DNA of 48,616 nt from Solirubrobacterales bacterium (GTDB lineage: Bacteria > Actinomycetota > Thermoleophilia > Solirubrobacterales > Solirubrobacteraceae), in assembly GCA_038207985.1 (NCBI GenBank), contig JBBQZE010000001.1, positions 1 to 48,616 on the forward strand, given 5' to 3'. A model generated the notes under the pieces. That model was not told where the DNA came from. It made no database searches and saw only the letters and a program-made list of their open reading frames with translations. The translations under genes and the position numbers were made by a program. Numbering within the stretch: position 1 is the stretch's first letter; every line of letters begins with the position of its first letter. Below, in pieces: positions 1-9,806 of the stretch.

Positions 1-2
1 CG

Positions 3-1037
3 ATCGCCACGTTCACCTACTCGGCGCCGGTAGTGATCGTCACCTCGGGAGGGATCGGTGGCAACCACGCCCTCGTGCGCCAGAACTGGCCCGCGCGCAT
101 GGGCGATCCGCCGGCGCACATGATCTCCGGCGTGCCGGCGCACGTCGATGGCCTCATGCTCGGCGTCGCCGAGCGTGCGGGGGCGCGGCTCATCAATCGC
201 GACCGAATGTGGCACTACGTGGAAGGGGTCACCAACTGGGACCCGATCTGGCCGATGCACGGCATCCGCATCCTCCCGGGCCCCTCGTCGCTCTGGCTCG
301 ACGCCACCGGCAAGCGGCTCCCCGTGCCGCTCTTCCCGGGCTTCGACACGCTCGGGACGCTCGAGCACATCCTCACGACGGGCCACGACCACACGTGGTT
401 CGTGTTGACCCAGAAGATCATCGAGAAGGAGTTCGCGCTCTCGGGCTCGGAGCAGAACCCGGACATCACGCAGAAGTCGATCAAGCAGCTGTTGAAGACC
501 CGCCTCGGGGCGGGCGCCCCGGCACCGGTGGAGGCCTTCAAGGAGCACGGCGCCGACTTCGTGGTGGCGCCCGGGCTGCGCGAGCTCGTGACCGGGATGA
601 ACGCGCTGACCGACACGCCGCTGCTCGACTTCGAGCAGGTCGAGCGGGAGGTCGTGGCCCGCGACCGCGAGATGGACAACCCGTACGCGAAGGACCTCCA
701 GGTCACGGCGATCCACGGCGCCCGCCGCTACCGCGCCGACCGCATCACGCGCATCGCGGCGCCGCACCGCCTGCGCGACCCGGCGGCCGGTCCGATGATC
801 GCGGTCAAGCTCCACGTCCTGACCCGCAAGTCCCTCGGCGGGCTGCAGACCGACCTGCAGGCGCGGGTCCTGACGCCGGCCGGCGAGCCGCTGCCCGGCG
901 TCTACGCCGCGGGCGAGGTCAGCGGCTTCGGCGGCGGCGGCGTCCACGGCTACCGCTCGCTGGAGGGGACGTTCCTCGGCGGCTGCCTGTTCTCCGGGCG
1001 CGCGGCCGGGCGCGCCGCGGCGGAGGCGACTGGCTGA
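3..1037 (+). CDS. FAD-binding dehydrogenase (KsdD-like / FAD_binding_2 family), 5' end truncated by window
   Basis: Frame is open from the window edge. VIVTSGGIGGN, RKSLGGLQTD, GVYAAGE and YRSLEGTFLGGCLFSGR are motifs typical of this flavoprotein family. Confidence 0.85.
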   Translation: MATFTYSAPVVIVTSGGIGGNHALVRQNWPARMGDPPAHMISGVPAHVDGLMLGVAERAGARLINRDRMWHYVEGVTNWDPIWPMHGIRILPGPSSLWLDATGKRLPVPLFPGFDTLGTLEHILTTGHDHTWFVLTQKIIEKEFALSGSEQNPDITQKSIKQLLKTRLGAGAPAPVEAFKEHGADFVVAPGLRELVTGMNALTDTPLLDFEQVEREVVARDREMDNPYAKDLQVTAIHGARRYRADRITRIAAPHRLRDPAAGPMIAVKLHVLTRKSLGGLQTDLQARVLTPAGEPLPGVYAAGEVSGFGGGGVHGYRSLEGTFLGGCLFSGRAAGRAAAEATG

Positions 1038-1279
1038 GCGGGGGGCCCCGATGGGGGGCGAGGCCGCTCCCGCGACGACGGCGAAGGCGAAGGCGATGCG
1101 CGCGCCCAGCGGCGCGCCGTCCGCGAGTGCGACCTCGCCCACGAACGCGCGCAGGACGCAGGGGATGCGCAGCACGGCGAGCACGTCCTCGGCACGCTAG
1201 CCCGCAGCCCGGTGCAAGCAGCTGACGATCTCGCTTCCGGGCCCGCCCCTCGGATAGCGTTGACGCGCGCCATTATTTG

Positions 1280-1294
1280 TGCGTAATGTATCCA
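1280..1294 (+). promoter_or_regulatory. Candidate GntR operator copy 1 (TGCGTAATGTATCCA), overlapping the -10 of the permease promoter; TTGACG -35 at 1260-1265
   Basis: Shares AWTGTATYCA with three other promoter regions of the cluster. Confidence 0.6.
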
Positions 1295-1344
1295 CCTCAG
1301 GCGTCGCCGGTGCGGCGCGGGGACATCGGCACGGAGGAGATCGC

Positions 1345-2823
1345 ATGTCGCAGGACGTCGGCTCGAACACGGAACGCCTCGGCCCGCGGCGGCTGACCAC
1401 GGTCCACGCCGTCGGCCAGGCGCTCGCGATCGGACCCATCTTCTCCGCGGGCTTGATCAGCGGGCTCGTCGCCAGCGTGGCGGGCTTCACGACGCCGCTC
1501 TCGGTCCTGCTCGGCAGCATCGGGGCGATGTGCCTGGGCTACGTCATCGCGATCTACGCGTCGCGATACGCGGGCGCAGGCGCGATCTACGAGTACCTCT
1601 CGCAGGCCGTCCACACCTCGTTCGGCATCTTCTCCGGAGGTGTCTACCTGCTGGGCACGATGTTCCTCGGCGCGGGCGGCGTCTTCATCGCCCTGGGCTT
1701 CCTGACCCAGGGCTTCTTCGACACGCATCTGCACGCCACCATCCCGTGGTGGCTCGGCGGCGTCGTCGCGCTGGCGATCGCGTTCGCGCTGAACCACTTC
1801 GGGGTGCGCATCGCCGTGCGTGGCGTGCTGATCATGGCCGCCTTCTCGGCCATCCCCTTCCTCATCACCGCCGTGGCGATCATCGCCCAGGGCGGCGCGG
1901 ACGGCAACACGCTTTCCGTCTTCGACCCGGGCAAGACGTCGACGAACTCCGTCTTCAACGGCGTGCTCTTCGCCGTCACGCTGTTCATCGGATTCGAGGC
2001 GGCGGCGTCCATCGCCGAGGAGACGGAGAACCCCCGCAAGTCGATCCCGATCGCGGTGCTGGCCACCGTCGGCATCAGCGCGGTGTTCTATCTCCTGGTC
2101 ACCTACGCGGCGGCCATCGGCTTCGGCGAGGGGGCCCTCGGCGCGAAGAACGCCTGGGCGGCGTCGCCGAGCCCGATCGGCGACCTTGCCACGCAGTACG
2201 TCGGCAAGGGCCTGGGCGTACTGGTCGATCTCGTCATCATCATCGACGCCCTGTCTCTGGCAATCGCGCTCATGGTCACCGCGTCGCGTGTCATCTTCGC
2301 CTTCGGCCGCGACGGGCTGCTGCCGGCCTGGGCCGCGCGCACCAGCCGGTACGACACCCCGGTCGTCGGCAACGTGGCGATCGTCGTCTGGTCGCTCGTG
2401 CTGCTGATCTGGGCCGGGAACACGAAGTACGGCGCGACCACCGAGCTGCCGAACTACATCCAGGCGTTCTTCATCACCACCGCGGTCGGCAGCTACCTGA
2501 TCCAGCTCGTGTACGTCTTCCTGGCCATCTTCGCCCTGAAGCTCGTCTGGGGCGATCGCACGGAGGGCGGCAAGCCGTTCAAGACGGTGCTCGTGCTGAT
2601 CGGCCTGGCCACGCCGCTCCTGGCCTTCAAGGGCTCCCTCCACCCGTTCCCGGCCTTCCCCAACAACCGCGGCGTCTACTTCGCGCTGGTCTGCATCGCC
2701 ATCTCGGCGCTCTGGTACGGCTTCTTGCAGATCACGCGGCCCGACCGCGTTCAGGCCGCGGCCCGTCACGCCGTCGAGCACGAGGGCGTCCCGCCGCTGG
2801 ACGAGCCGCTCAGCGCGCGGTAG
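1345..2823 (+). CDS. APC-family amino acid/amine permease
   Basis: GGAGGAG RBS before ATG 1345; about 12 hydrophobic segments; AGAGAIYEY, FIGFEAAASIAEE and SRVIFAFGRDGLLP motifs. Confidence 0.92.
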   Translation: MSQDVGSNTERLGPRRLTTVHAVGQALAIGPIFSAGLISGLVASVAGFTTPLSVLLGSIGAMCLGYVIAIYASRYAGAGAIYEYLSQAVHTSFGIFSGGVYLLGTMFLGAGGVFIALGFLTQGFFDTHLHATIPWWLGGVVALAIAFALNHFGVRIAVRGVLIMAAFSAIPFLITAVAIIAQGGADGNTLSVFDPGKTSTNSVFNGVLFAVTLFIGFEAAASIAEETENPRKSIPIAVLATVGISAVFYLLVTYAAAIGFGEGALGAKNAWAASPSPIGDLATQYVGKGLGVLVDLVIIIDALSLAIALMVTASRVIFAFGRDGLLPAWAARTSRYDTPVVGNVAIVVWSLVLLIWAGNTKYGATTELPNYIQAFFITTAVGSYLIQLVYVFLAIFALKLVWGDRTEGGKPFKTVLVLIGLATPLLAFKGSLHPFPAFPNNRGVYFALVCIAISALWYGFLQITRPDRVQAAARHAVEHEGVPPLDEPLSAR

Positions 2824-2835
2824 GCCCCCTGGCCG

Positions 2836-3369
2836 TCACCAGCCGGCGCCCTCTTCCAGCGAGATGAGGTGCCCCGGCGGGACGAGCGCGTCGGTGGCCA
2901 ACCCGCCGAAGCGGCCGCGGTGGAAGACGAGCGGCTCACCGCCGTGGTGACTCATCCCCACCACGGCGCACAGCACGAGGTCGTGGTCGCCGGCACGGAC
3001 GACCTCGACGACCTCGCAGTGGTGCGTCGCCGCGGCGCCGCGCACGACGAGGAAGCCGTCGTAGCTCTCCCGGACGTGCTCGTGCGGGAACGGTGCGCCC
3101 GGCTTGGCGAAGGCCAGCGCGACGTCGCGCTGGCCGCGATGCAGCACGCTGACGGCGAGCTTGCGCGACGCGGTGGCCACGTCGAGCGTGCGGGAGCCGT
3201 GCCCCAGCGACACCAGGACCAGGAGCGGGTCCAGCGACACGGAGGTGAACGCGTTGAGCGTCATTCCCGCCGCGGTCTGCTCGTGCTGCGTGGTGACCAC
3301 GGTCACGCCGGTGGCGAACTCCCCGACGCAGTCGCGGAACGCCCGGCCGTCGATGCCGTCGGCGCCCAT
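2836..3369 (-). CDS. Flavin reductase (HpaC/DIM6/NTAB family)
   Basis: FRDCVGEFATGVTVVT, TSVSLDP, AGDHDLV and EPLVFHRGRF motifs; start moved to ATG 3369. Confidence 0.92.
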   Translation of the reverse strand: MGADGIDGRAFRDCVGEFATGVTVVTTQHEQTAAGMTLNAFTSVSLDPLLVLVSLGHGSRTLDVATASRKLAVSVLHRGQRDVALAFAKPGAPFPHEHVRESYDGFLVVRGAAATHHCEVVEVVRAGDHDLVLCAVVGMSHHGGEPLVFHRGRFGGLATDALVPPGHLISLEEGAGW

Positions 3370-3371
3370 GG

Positions 3372-4724
3372 TCACAGGCGATGGGAGTACTCGCTGAACT
3401 CCCAGTCGGTGACCCACGACCGGAAGCGCTCGAGCTCGGCTGCCTTGATCGCTCCGAACATCTCGAGCAGCCGCTCGCCGAACGCGTCGGCGATCACGGG
3501 GTCCGACCCCAGTGCCTCGAGCGCCTCTTGGAAGGTCGTGGGCAGCGCCGTGCCTTGCTGCTCTTCCGGAAGGTCGTAGATCATGCCCTCGACCGCCTCG
3601 GGCGGTTCGAGCTCCCGGCGGATGCCGTCCAAGCCCGCGGCCAGTGCCGCGGTGTAGGCGAGGTACGGGTTGGCGGTGCCGTCGCCCACCCGGATCTCCA
3701 GTCGGGTAGCGGCCCCACGCTCGCGCGGGACGCGCACGAGGGTCATCCGGTGGTCGTGGCCCCAGCTCGCGCGCGTCGGCACGAGCGCCTCGGCGCTGAT
3801 GCGCCGGTAGGCGTTCACGGTCGGGTTGAAGAAGACCATCATGGCCGGGCAGTGCTCGAGGACTCCTGCGATGAAGTGCCGGGTGACCGCAGCGAGGCCC
3901 TGGTCACCGGCGACGTCCTCGCACGCGTTGGCCCCCGCGGCGTCGACGAGCGAGACGTGCAGGTGGAAGCCCGAGCCCTCGTCGTCGTTGAACGGCTTGC
4001 CCATGAAGGTGGCGAGCAGCCCGTCCATCGCCGCCATCTCCTTGACCAGCGCTTTGAAGCGGAACGCGCGGTCGGCGGATTCCAGTGCCTCGGAATGGCG
4101 CAGGTTGATCTCGTACTGGCTGCGCCCGTATTCGTGCGCCAACGCGACGGCGCCGAGCCCGAGCTCCACCGTGGCGTCCAGCATCCGCGACAGGGTCCCG
4201 CGCGGGTCGGCCTGCACGCCGACGGTGTAGACCGGCGACTCCTGGCCGGCGTAGGGCTTGTAGCCCCGCGGGGACGTGGGGTCGGGCTCGCAGAGGTAGA
4301 ACTCGAGCTCTGGGCCGAGGATGGGCGACAGGCCGAGCGACGCGTACTCGGCGAGCACGCGCTTGAGCGCCCCCCGCGGATCGACCATCGACGGCTCGCG
4401 CGTCCGCCCGTCGACGATGTCCACCAGGCAGGTGGCGATCTCGCGCTGGTAGGGCAGCCGCGTGAGCGTCGACGGGTCCGGGATCGCGATGAGATCGGGG
4501 AAGCCGCCCTCGAACCCGGCGATGACGTTATGGCGCAGGTCCACGGTCATGATCGCCTCGACGAAGCCGATCCCCTCCTCGGCCGCGTGCGCGAAGGCGC
4601 CGATCGGGATGTCCTTGCCGCGGCTGACGCCGTGCAGGTCCGCGTACTGCAGGCGGATCGTCCGGACCCCGCCCGCGGCGAGCTCCGAGAGGTCGGTGGT
4701 GTGGGTGGTCGCGTCCTCGTGCAT
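3372..4724 (-). CDS. Glutamine synthetase-like gamma-glutamyl-amine ligase (PuuA/IpuC/GlnA3-like)
   Basis: DLHGVSRGK, GPELEFYL, HEYGRSQYEINL, TFMGKP, GSGFHLHVSL, NPTVNAYRR, RLEIR and ANPYL motifs; catabolic context. Confidence 0.9.
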   Translation of the reverse strand: MHEDATTHTTDLSELAAGGVRTIRLQYADLHGVSRGKDIPIGAFAHAAEEGIGFVEAIMTVDLRHNVIAGFEGGFPDLIAIPDPSTLTRLPYQREIATCLVDIVDGRTREPSMVDPRGALKRVLAEYASLGLSPILGPELEFYLCEPDPTSPRGYKPYAGQESPVYTVGVQADPRGTLSRMLDATVELGLGAVALAHEYGRSQYEINLRHSEALESADRAFRFKALVKEMAAMDGLLATFMGKPFNDDEGSGFHLHVSLVDAAGANACEDVAGDQGLAAVTRHFIAGVLEHCPAMMVFFNPTVNAYRRISAEALVPTRASWGHDHRMTLVRVPRERGAATRLEIRVGDGTANPYLAYTAALAAGLDGIRRELEPPEAVEGMIYDLPEEQQGTALPTTFQEALEALGSDPVIADAFGERLLEMFGAIKAAELERFRSWVTDWEFSEYSHRL

Positions 4725-4748
4725 CTCTCTCCCCGGTCGTGGCGTGTG

Positions 4749-5525
4749 TCAGGCGAAGGCCAGCGTGGCGACGTCGACGATCGACGCGCCGCCGTCGACG
4801 GCCAGCACGGCGCCGTTGACGTAGGACGATGCGGGGGACGCCAGCCAGGCGACCGTCTCCCCCGCCTCCTCGGCGGAGCCCGGCCGCCGGGAGGGCACCT
4901 CGCGCGTGGCCAGCGCGTAGGCATCCTCGCGGTCGCCGGTGCCGCGGCTCGCAGCGAGGTCGTCCATCTCGCCGTCGGCCATGTCGGTGCGGATCCATCC
5001 CGGGCACACGCAGTTGGCGCGGACGCCGAGCGGGCCGTAGTCGACGGCGATCGAGCGGGTGAGCATGATGAGCCCTGCCTTCGACGCGGAGTAGGCGGCG
5101 GCGGCCGGGCCCGCCCGCAGCCCCGCCAGCGACGAGACGGTGACCACCGTGCCCCGCGTTGCCACGAGGTGCGGCAGCGCGGCCTGGCAGGCGATGAAGG
5201 CCCCGGTGAGGTTGGTGGCCAGGACGGCGTTCCAGCGCTCCAGCGACTGCTCGGTCACCGTGCCGGCCGCTCCCGTGCCGGCGCTGACGACCAGCGCGTC
5301 GAGGCTGCCGAAGCGCTCGACGGTCCGGGCGACGGCGGCGGCGACCGCCTCGGGATCACCGGTGTCGGCGACGACGGCCACGCCGCCGAGCTCGTCGGCC
5401 ACGGCGTGCAGCGGCTCCGGCCGTCGCCCCGTGACGCATACGCCGTAGCCCCGGGCGGCCAGCGCCCGGGCGGCCGCGGCGCCGATGCCGGTGCCGCCAC
5501 CGGTGATCAGGGCGCTGGGCGTCAC
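4749..5525 (-). CDS. SDR family NAD(P)-dependent oxidoreductase
   Basis: TGGGTGIG, YSASKAG, NCVCPGWIRT and VDGG motifs; GTG start overlaps the upstream stop. Confidence 0.92.
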   Translation of the reverse strand: MTPSALITGGGTGIGAAAARALAARGYGVCVTGRRPEPLHAVADELGGVAVVADTGDPEAVAAAVARTVERFGSLDALVVSAGTGAAGTVTEQSLERWNAVLATNLTGAFIACQAALPHLVATRGTVVTVSSLAGLRAGPAAAAYSASKAGLIMLTRSIAVDYGPLGVRANCVCPGWIRTDMADGEMDDLAASRGTGDREDAYALATREVPSRRPGSAEEAGETVAWLASPASSYVNGAVLAVDGGASIVDVATLAFA

Positions 5526-6979
5526 CCCTCCAGGAACTGCTCGACGAGCGCCTCGGGGAACGACTTGTCGGCGATCTTGTAGCCCAGCGCCGTCATCCGC
5601 CACGAGTCCGAGAGGTAGAAGCGCTCGTAGAGCTCGCCACGGCCGCCCAGCTCCGAACCCAGGAAGTCCCAGGCCAGGCGGAACAGGCGCACCCGCCGCT
5701 CGGCCTCCGCGCCGGCCGACTGGAAGTACTGATCGATCTCGGGGCGCAGGGGGCCGTCGAAGTCCGCGCGCGACGGCGTGGCCATGAAGCCGCCCCCACC
5801 GATGAGCTGCAGGAACTCGTTGGCCTGCGGCAGCCACTTCGGCATCTGCCCGCGCAGGGCGATGAACGGGCGGTCGTCGGGGTAGAACACACCGCCCTCG
5901 TCGAGCTTGGCGCCGGCCTCCGCGGCAACGATCGCCGAGCGCGCGAGCTCCGACATCGCCCAGATCTGGCCGAGCTTCTCCTGGATGTGGTCGAAGCGGA
6001 CGACGCCGGTGGTGTTGGCGAGGACGTGGCCCAGGCCCAGCGCGAAGGAGAGCTTCACGTAGGCGCGCGTGAAGGCCTGGTGCATGATGTGCCCACGCCA
6101 GCCCGTGTCGGTGATGACCTCGGAGTAGCCCTCGGTGTCGCCGTCGAGGAAGACGCGCGACTTCGGGATCTCGACGTCGTCGAAGAGCACCACGGCATCC
6201 ATCTCGTCGAAGCGGGAGGACAGCGGGTAGTCGAACGAGTCGCGGTCCTTGGCGTAGGACTCGCGGCAGATGAACTTGAGGCCGGGCGTCGCGATCGGTA
6301 CGGCGAACGACAGCGCGTAGCGCCCGTCCTGCGGGCGGATGTCCGAGCCCGGATAGATGAGCAGCTCGTCGGCGAACGGCGCGAGCGTCGCGAGCATCCG
6401 GGCCCCCCGCACGACGATCGAGTCCGCGGTCTCGGAGACCTTGTGCAGCGCGACCTGCCCCATGGCCTGCTCGGCCTCGGGCTGCGAACGGTCGACCATC
6501 GGGTTCATCAGCGCGTGGGTGGTCGAGAGGTCGTGGTCGCGCATGTACGCCTGGTAGGCCACGAGGTTGGCGGCGTGCTCCTCGTTGCCCCGGCGCGCCC
6601 AGACGTCCGAGCGCCCGGCGAAGCAGGCGAAGGTGACGTTCAGGTAGTCCGGGGTGCGTCCCATGGTCCCTCCCGACAGCGAGGCGACGATCTCGAAGGC
6701 GCGGCGGCGGCGCTCGAGGTCCCCGCGCGTGCGCGGGACCAGGTGCGTGACGTTGACGAGATGGTCAGCATCGGCCGGCGACGGCGCGAGCATCACGTCG
6801 GCGTTCTCGTGCTGGGCGTCGAACACCCGCCCCATGGAGAGCGCGGCCTGGCGCAGCTCGGGGTGGTCGAGCGGGTTCTCGATCTTCTCGCCGCGCAGCC
6901 AGATCTCCCGGCCGCCTTGACGCAGGCCCGCCAGGTACTGCTCGCCCGTGCGGGCTCCGATTTGCTCTGTGCTGGACAT
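5522..6979 (-). CDS. 4-hydroxyphenylacetate 3-monooxygenase oxygenase-component family (HpaB-like)
   Basis: RTGEQYLAGLR, MGRTPDYLN, VVRGARMLAT, YPLSSRFDEMDAVVLFDDV and GRGELYERFY motifs; AGGAG RBS before ATG 6979. Confidence 0.92.
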   Translation of the reverse strand: MSSTEQIGARTGEQYLAGLRQGGREIWLRGEKIENPLDHPELRQAALSMGRVFDAQHENADVMLAPSPADADHLVNVTHLVPRTRGDLERRRRAFEIVASLSGGTMGRTPDYLNVTFACFAGRSDVWARRGNEEHAANLVAYQAYMRDHDLSTTHALMNPMVDRSQPEAEQAMGQVALHKVSETADSIVVRGARMLATLAPFADELLIYPGSDIRPQDGRYALSFAVPIATPGLKFICRESYAKDRDSFDYPLSSRFDEMDAVVLFDDVEIPKSRVFLDGDTEGYSEVITDTGWRGHIMHQAFTRAYVKLSFALGLGHVLANTTGVVRFDHIQEKLGQIWAMSELARSAIVAAEAGAKLDEGGVFYPDDRPFIALRGQMPKWLPQANEFLQLIGGGGFMATPSRADFDGPLRPEIDQYFQSAGAEAERRVRLFRLAWDFLGSELGGRGELYERFYLSDSWRMTALGYKIADKSFPEALVEQFLEG

Positions 6980-6980
6980 G

Positions 6981-7907
6981 TCAGGCTCCTGTCGGGAAGG
7001 GTGGCAGGGGGTGGCCCTGGGCCTCGAGCCCCTGGCGCTCGGCCTCGACCGCCGGGGGGTCGAAGCGGAAGTAGGACCGGGGGGGAAGGATCCCCCACGT
7101 GTTGGACGAGTGCGCGTCGTCGGGCCAGTCGCGGGTCTGGTGGTCGGCCTCGAGCTGCTCCATGTCGGCGTAGAGCTCGACGAAGCACTCCTCCTCGGGG
7201 ATCCGCACATAGGCCGCGAGGTTCTGTCCGAGGCCGTGGCGAAGGGGACCCCACGCGAGCCAGCGGCCGTGCTGGGCGAGGTGGTCGAGGGCCACGCGGA
7301 ACTCGCCCCAGTCGGTCAGCTCGAAGGCCAAGTGGTGGAAGTGGGCGTAGCCCTTGCCGACCAGGGCGACCGAGTGGTGGTCGGCGTTGATGTGCAGCCA
7401 GGCTCCCTCGTCACCGAGGCGGTCGGCGACCTTCATGCCGAGCACGTCGCAGTAGAACGCCGTCATTCCCGCGAGGTTGCCCGTGAGCGAGTTGACGTGG
7501 CCGAGCTTGCGCGGGTGGAAGGCGCCCAGCGTCGTGGTCGAGCGGGCGATGGGCGGCCGGAGGTCGGACGCCTGGCGATAGGGCAGCAACTCGACGCCCA
7601 TGCCGTCCGGGTCGGCGAGGTGGACGGCCCCGTCGGCTGTCCGGTGCTCGACGCCGAGGGCGTCCAAGTGGGCGGCGGCGTCCTCGAGCGAGATGCCGCG
7701 CGCGAGCTCGTAGCCGGTGTGGTCGGCGCCGGGTCGGTCCGCCGCGACGAGCTCGAGGGAGTACGGCTCGTAGTCACAGGCCAGCCGCGCCCGGTGCTCC
7801 GTGCGCTCACGCTCGACCATCCCGAACTGGACGGCCCACCGTCGGGCGGCGGCCCCCAGGTCGGAGACGCGCAGACCCACATGATCGATGCGTCGCAGTG
7901 CGATCAT
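6981..7907 (-). CDS. VOC-family extradiol ring-cleavage dioxygenase (catechol 2,3-dioxygenase/homoprotocatechuate dioxygenase-like)
   Basis: Two VOC domains: IDHVGLRV, KLGHVNSL, DHHSVAL, HHLAFEL, WGPLRHG, Y..IPE...VELY. Probably leaderless from ATG 7907. Confidence 0.88.
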   Translation of the reverse strand: MIALRRIDHVGLRVSDLGAAARRWAVQFGMVERERTEHRARLACDYEPYSLELVAADRPGADHTGYELARGISLEDAAAHLDALGVEHRTADGAVHLADPDGMGVELLPYRQASDLRPPIARSTTTLGAFHPRKLGHVNSLTGNLAGMTAFYCDVLGMKVADRLGDEGAWLHINADHHSVALVGKGYAHFHHLAFELTDWGEFRVALDHLAQHGRWLAWGPLRHGLGQNLAAYVRIPEEECFVELYADMEQLEADHQTRDWPDDAHSSNTWGILPPRSYFRFDPPAVEAERQGLEAQGHPLPPFPTGA

Positions 7908-7910
7908 CTT

Positions 7911-7925
7911 TGGATACAATATCCT
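7911..7925 (-). promoter_or_regulatory. Candidate GntR operator copy 2 (TGGATACAATATCCT, near-palindromic) in a divergent promoter
   Basis: Reverse complement AGGATATTGTATCCA matches the cluster motif; it ends 3 nt before the dioxygenase ATG. Confidence 0.65.
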
Positions 7926-7956
7926 CTCGCTCGTGACGGGGTCAAGGGAGGTCGGG

Positions 7957-8328
7957 ATGCCGGGGCAGGATGATCGGCGCGAACGCGCGGAGGCGCGTCT
8001 TCGCGAGCTGGGCGACGAGCCCGGCGGCGAGGCGTTCCTCGAACGCATGGGCGTGCTCGGCGACTGGGTCGTCGACTTCGCCTTCGGCGACGTGCACACC
8101 CGGCCCGGGCTCACCGCCCGTGAGCGTGAGCTCATCATCGTCGCGGTGCTCGCGACCCTCGGCTCGTGCGACCCGCAGGTGCAGGCGCACATCCGTGCGC
8201 TGCGCGCGATCGACGTCCCCTGGAACGACATCGAGGAGACGATCCTCCAGACCACCCCCTACGCAGGCATCCCCCGCGCCATCAACGCGATGAAGGTGCT
8301 GCGGACCGAACAGGAGAACGAGGCATGA
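7957..8328 (+). CDS. Carboxymuconolactone decarboxylase (CMD) family protein
   Basis: FAFGDVHTRPGLTARERELI and PYAGIPRAINA motifs; GGAGG RBS. Confidence 0.85.
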   Translation: MPGQDDRRERAEARLRELGDEPGGEAFLERMGVLGDWVVDFAFGDVHTRPGLTARERELIIVAVLATLGSCDPQVQAHIRALRAIDVPWNDIEETILQTTPYAGIPRAINAMKVLRTEQENEA

Positions 8329-9155
8329 AGGCAGTCCGCTACACCGGCCCCGACGGCGCGGCGCGCATCGGGCGCCTCGACGGCGACACCATCACCGACG
8401 CCGGCCCGGCGGGACCCGAGGGCTTCGTGCCCACGCCCGAAGCCTGGGCGGCACTGGCCGCCGCCGACGGCGACGCCAGCGCCCTCGACACGGTGGAGCT
8501 CCTTCATCCCGTCGTCCCGCGGAAGATCCTCGCCATCGGCCTGAACTACCGCTCGCACGCCGAGGAGTCGGAACTCGACATCCCGCCCGTGCCGGTCGTG
8601 TTCGCGAAGTTCCCCTCGTCGCTGATCGGCCACGGGCAGGAGATCGTCATCCCCCACGAGGAGACCCGCCCCGACTTCGAAGGCGAGCTGGCCGTGGTCA
8701 TCGGTCGCCGGACGTATCGCGCCGACCGGGCGAGCGCCCGGGAGGCCATCGGCGGCATCACCGCGATCCACGACGTCTCGGGCCGCCGGGCGCAGCTCGA
8801 GACGCCGCTGCGGCAGTTCACCCTCGGCAAGAGCTTCGACACCTTCTCGCCGCTCGGGCCGTCGATCGCCCCGCTCGACGATGTCGACCTCGCTGACGTC
8901 AGCGTCAAGACCACCGTCTCCGGCGAGGTCATGCAGGACGCCAGCACCGCCGATCTGATCTTCTCCGTGGAGGACATCGTGATCTACCTGTCGGCTGGGA
9001 TCACGCTCGAGCCGGGAGACGTCATCGCCACGGGGACCCCGGGCGGCGTGGGCGACTCCCGCAAGCCGCCGCGGTACCTCAGGGACGGCGACGTCGTCGA
9101 GGTCGAGGTCGGGGGCGTCGGCACGCTGCGCAACCCGGTGCGCGCCGAGACCTAG
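8325..9155 (+). CDS. Fumarylacetoacetate hydrolase family protein
   Basis: KILAIGLNYRSH, DFEGELAVVIG, GKSFDTFSPLGP and LEPGDVIATGTPGGVG motifs; ATGA overlap with the CMD gene. Confidence 0.93.
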   Translation: MKAVRYTGPDGAARIGRLDGDTITDAGPAGPEGFVPTPEAWAALAAADGDASALDTVELLHPVVPRKILAIGLNYRSHAEESELDIPPVPVVFAKFPSSLIGHGQEIVIPHEETRPDFEGELAVVIGRRTYRADRASAREAIGGITAIHDVSGRRAQLETPLRQFTLGKSFDTFSPLGPSIAPLDDVDLADVSVKTTVSGEVMQDASTADLIFSVEDIVIYLSAGITLEPGDVIATGTPGGVGDSRKPPRYLRDGDVVEVEVGGVGTLRNPVRAET

Positions 9156-9157
9156 CC

Positions 9158-9805
9158 CTAGTCGGTGACCGAGCGCTTCATCGCCTCGGCCACGTGCCGG
9201 CGGGTGAGCGCCTCGGCTCCCCGCGCGTCTCCGGCCTCGATGGCCAGCAGGATCTCTTGGTGTTCGTCGGCGTCGGCGCGCATCCGCGCCGGTGTCTCTG
9301 CCTGCCGCTCGTAGATCGGCGCGCCGATGTTGCGACGCCACAGCTGCTCGACGACGCGCACGAGGTACGGGTTGCCCGAGGCGTGCACGAGGGCCAGATG
9401 GAAGTCGCGGTTGGCGTCGAAGGTCGCCGCCAGGTCCGGGATGGCGATGCGCTGGGCGGCCACCGCCGCACGCATGACGTCCTGCGTGATGCCCTTGGAC
9501 CGCCGGGCGGCCAGCCGGGCCGCGCCGGGCTCGACGACGAGCCGCGCCTCGTAGGGCTGGCGGATGTCGATCGGGTCGAGGTCTGCGACCCGGGCGCCGC
9601 GGTTGGTCCGCATCTCCACGAGGCCTTCCGCCGCCAGGCGCCTCAGGGCTTCCCGCACGGGGGTGCGCGACACCCCGAGCTCGGCGGCGAGGTCCTCTTG
9701 GTGCAGGCGCACGCCGCGTGGCAGCGTGCTGTCGATGATGCGCTCGCGAATCACGGCGTAGACCTGGTCGACGACGCTCTCGATCTGCAGCCCCTGGGCG
9801 GCCAC
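9158..9805 (-). CDS. GntR family (FCD domain) transcriptional regulator
   Basis: LAAELGVSRTPVREALRRLAAEGLV wHTH; NRDFH...SGNPYL...EHQEI FCD motifs. Confidence 0.95.
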   Translation of the reverse strand: MAAQGLQIESVVDQVYAVIRERIIDSTLPRGVRLHQEDLAAELGVSRTPVREALRRLAAEGLVEMRTNRGARVADLDPIDIRQPYEARLVVEPGAARLAARRSKGITQDVMRAAVAAQRIAIPDLAATFDANRDFHLALVHASGNPYLVRVVEQLWRRNIGAPIYERQAETPARMRADADEHQEILLAIEAGDARGAEALTRRHVAEAMKRSVTD

Positions 9806-9806
9806 G

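Noticed and set aside
1040-1196. Minus-strand stretch with coding-like codon bias (VLAVLRIPCVLRAFVGEVALADGAPLGARIAFAFAVV)
   Set aside because: Bounded by a stop upstream, runs into the convergent dehydrogenase without its own stop, and belongs to no family I recognise. At most a gene remnant.
3372-4724. Calling this gene housekeeping glnA
   Set aside because: It is embedded in a catabolic operon with PuuD-like hydrolases nearby, so a gamma-glutamyl-amine ligase is more likely. No symbol assigned.
3381-5582. Long alternative-frame ORFs (e.g. 3381-5582 +, 19786-21741 +, 28897-31230 -, 31887-35129 +, 36055-39105 +)
   Set aside because: Antisense or frame-shifted shadows of well-supported genes; the Arg/Pro/Gly-rich translations are expected in very high-GC DNA.
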